From contig NC_043024.1 of the NCBI RefSeq assembly GCF_006345805.1, positions 2,790,001-2,854,000 of the forward strand: a stretch of 64,000 nt of DNA, given 5' to 3'. This DNA comes from Octopus sinensis (lineage: Eukaryota). The notes under the pieces were generated by a model. The model saw nothing but the letters and a program-made list of their open reading frames with translations. It did no database searches and was not told where the DNA came from. The position numbers were made by a program, and so were the translations under genes. Of the stretch, positions 61,954-64,000 are shown one piece after another; the first letter of the stretch is position 1, and the number at the start of each line of letters is the position of its first letter.

Positions 61954-64000
61954 AAGTACCGGATACATTTCAAGAAAGTGTGTTTTTTTTTTATATGGGG
62001 GGTTAGCGGTAGGAGATAAGGGTTTCTGTTATCTTCAGAAATGTAAACAAAGCCACATCTGGTGCTTACGGTACCTATACCGAAGGATCACCATAAACTT
62101 CCTCTTTCTGTTGGTATTTGATATTAAGATTTAGGGTATATCGAAAATTAGAGTGGAGCTTCAAAGGGAGAACGAAATGTTGAAAGTAATAAGACAACTA
62201 CCTATTTCTTTATTGCCAACAAGGGGCTAAACACAGAGGGGACAAACAAGGACAGACAAAGGAATTAAGTCGATTATATCGACTCCAGTGCGTAACTGGT
62301 ACTTAATTTATCGACCCCGAAAGGATGAAAAGCAAAGTCGACCTCGGCGGAATTATAGCTTCAGTAACGTTTATCATCAAAATAAGCTTCAAAATAAACA
62401 TACGTACTTATGACATGTATACAATATAAATGCTTGTGTGTATATAATACTTACATATTAATATAGAGAGTCAACGGGGAAGATGTGACGGAACTGAAGT
62501 CAGAGCGGACAATAACAGCTTCGAAAGAATTTCTAGGTTTTTACAACAAACGTTGGTTTATATTTTTTGAAATCTACATAATAAAAGAATGCTGTTTGTA
62601 TACCTTTACACGGTTGATTATCAGTCCTATAAGTTCAATTGTGTCCGTTAAAAGGATGGGTAATTAAACAGGAGCAGGTGCGACCATTTTTAAAGGTCTT
62701 AAACTATTAATTGCCAGGGGAAGTAACTCTTTTTCTTCGCTTTGCTTGCTTCTTCAACTCTTGTTGAGGCTGTTGCGAAAAAATCAGCATGTATTAGGCA
62801 TTTTAAACCTCGCGGGGCCCATTCCTCTCCGAATAGAAAGCATCTATTTTTTTTTTATTGCCCACAAGGGGCTAAACACAGAGAGGACAAACAAGGACAG
62901 ACAGACGGATTAAGTCGATTATATCGACGCCAGTGCGTAACTGCTACTTATTTAATCGAAAGGATGAAAGGTAAAGTCGACCTCGGCGGAATTTGAACTC
63001 AGAACGTAGCATCAGACGAAATACTGCTGAGCATTTCACCCGGCAGTATTTCGTCTGATGCTACGTTCTGAGTTCAAATTCCGCCGAGGTCGACTTTACC
63101 TTTCATCCTTTCGGGGTCGAAAGCATCATCTAAGCTCTCAAGTCATACTCGCTTGTGAACATCTGTTAAGCTTACATACATGCACACGATTCTATTTTCC
63201 AACATCAGCCTTCATTTAAATAAGTCCTGGAGTACTTTATATAGTTTATTTGATAATTCGGATCTTTTCGCTTTGACGGACAGATTTTTAAAATAATATC
63301 TTTGTAACTAAGCACTTTTAAACTTAGTATACTGGTAGAATGTGTTTATAAAACATCTTTTTCTCTTGGCTCTCATGAGAAAATTCTGTAGTTTGTAAGC
63401 TATTTCTTGTTAAATGTCTCGGATTTTAGCAATTTCAACCAATCAATGACGTCTATTGAGGTGAATCCAATTACTGCTGTTGTTTGTCAACAAGTTCAAC
63501 AACAACGTCCGGTGAGAAATTAAACAAGAAATAGCATACAAACTACAGAATTTTCTCAAGAAATCCAAGAGAAAAAGATGTTTTATAAACACATTCTACC
63601 AGTATACGAAGTTTAAAAGTGTTTAGTTGCAAAGAAATTATTTTTAAAATCTGCTGGTCAAAGTGAGAAGATCTGATAATTCTTCTTCATCCTCATTATT
63701 ATCATGTTGAGAAGACTCGTCAAGCAAAGTGAATTCGTAGTTGTGGTCGATACTGGTGTCACGTAACTGGCACCCGTGCACGTGACATGCTAAAAGCATC
63801 CATTACACTCTTGGACTGGTTGGCGTTAGGAAGGACATCCAACCGTAGAAGCCGTGCCAAATCAGATTGGAACTTGGTGAAGCTCTCTGGCTTACCAGTT
63901 CCAGTCAAACCGTTTGACCTATGCCAGTAAGTAGGAATTGATAAGATGTACCCAGTGTTAGGTATGGACACATAAGAGGTGCAGCAACATCAAAGGAAAA
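61954..64000. repeat. Segmental duplication unit 5 (truncated by the window end)
   Basis: Exon-1 core at 62465-62490, foldback SINE, MITE and the start of the RTE relic. Confidence 0.9.

Overview
AT-rich animal genomic DNA, most likely an octopus or other coleoid cephalopod. This is inferred from the tRNA-derived SINE families, RTE/Penelope content and dense KRAB-less C2H2 clustering, not from a database match. The window is a C2H2 zinc-finger gene cluster with three older, internally diverged genes: A (+, 8.7-9.9 kb), B (+, 13.9-15.2 kb) and C (-, 18.9-20.7 kb). These are followed by a young tandem segmental amplification with units starting near 21.2, 34.3, 43.7, 53.1 and 62.0 kb. The units carry five paralogous minus-strand ZNF ORFs (D1-D5; 16, 10, 15, 5 and 15 fingers) whose arrays behave like 84-bp minisatellites, varying mainly at DNA-contact residues. 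A, C and D share a non-coding first exon core and a relic N-terminal peptide. Four of the five D copies end at an in-linker UAG followed by in-frame finger sequence. The rest is transposon-derived: a near full-length defective RTE LINE, RTE/CR1/Gypsy/Helitron relics, a Penelope-like RT, several minimal hammerhead-ribozyme motifs, two SINE families, MITEs and three minisatellites derived from RTE 3' sequence. No bacterial genes, true tRNA/rRNA genes or CRISPR arrays were seen. All alignments and counts were done by eye.
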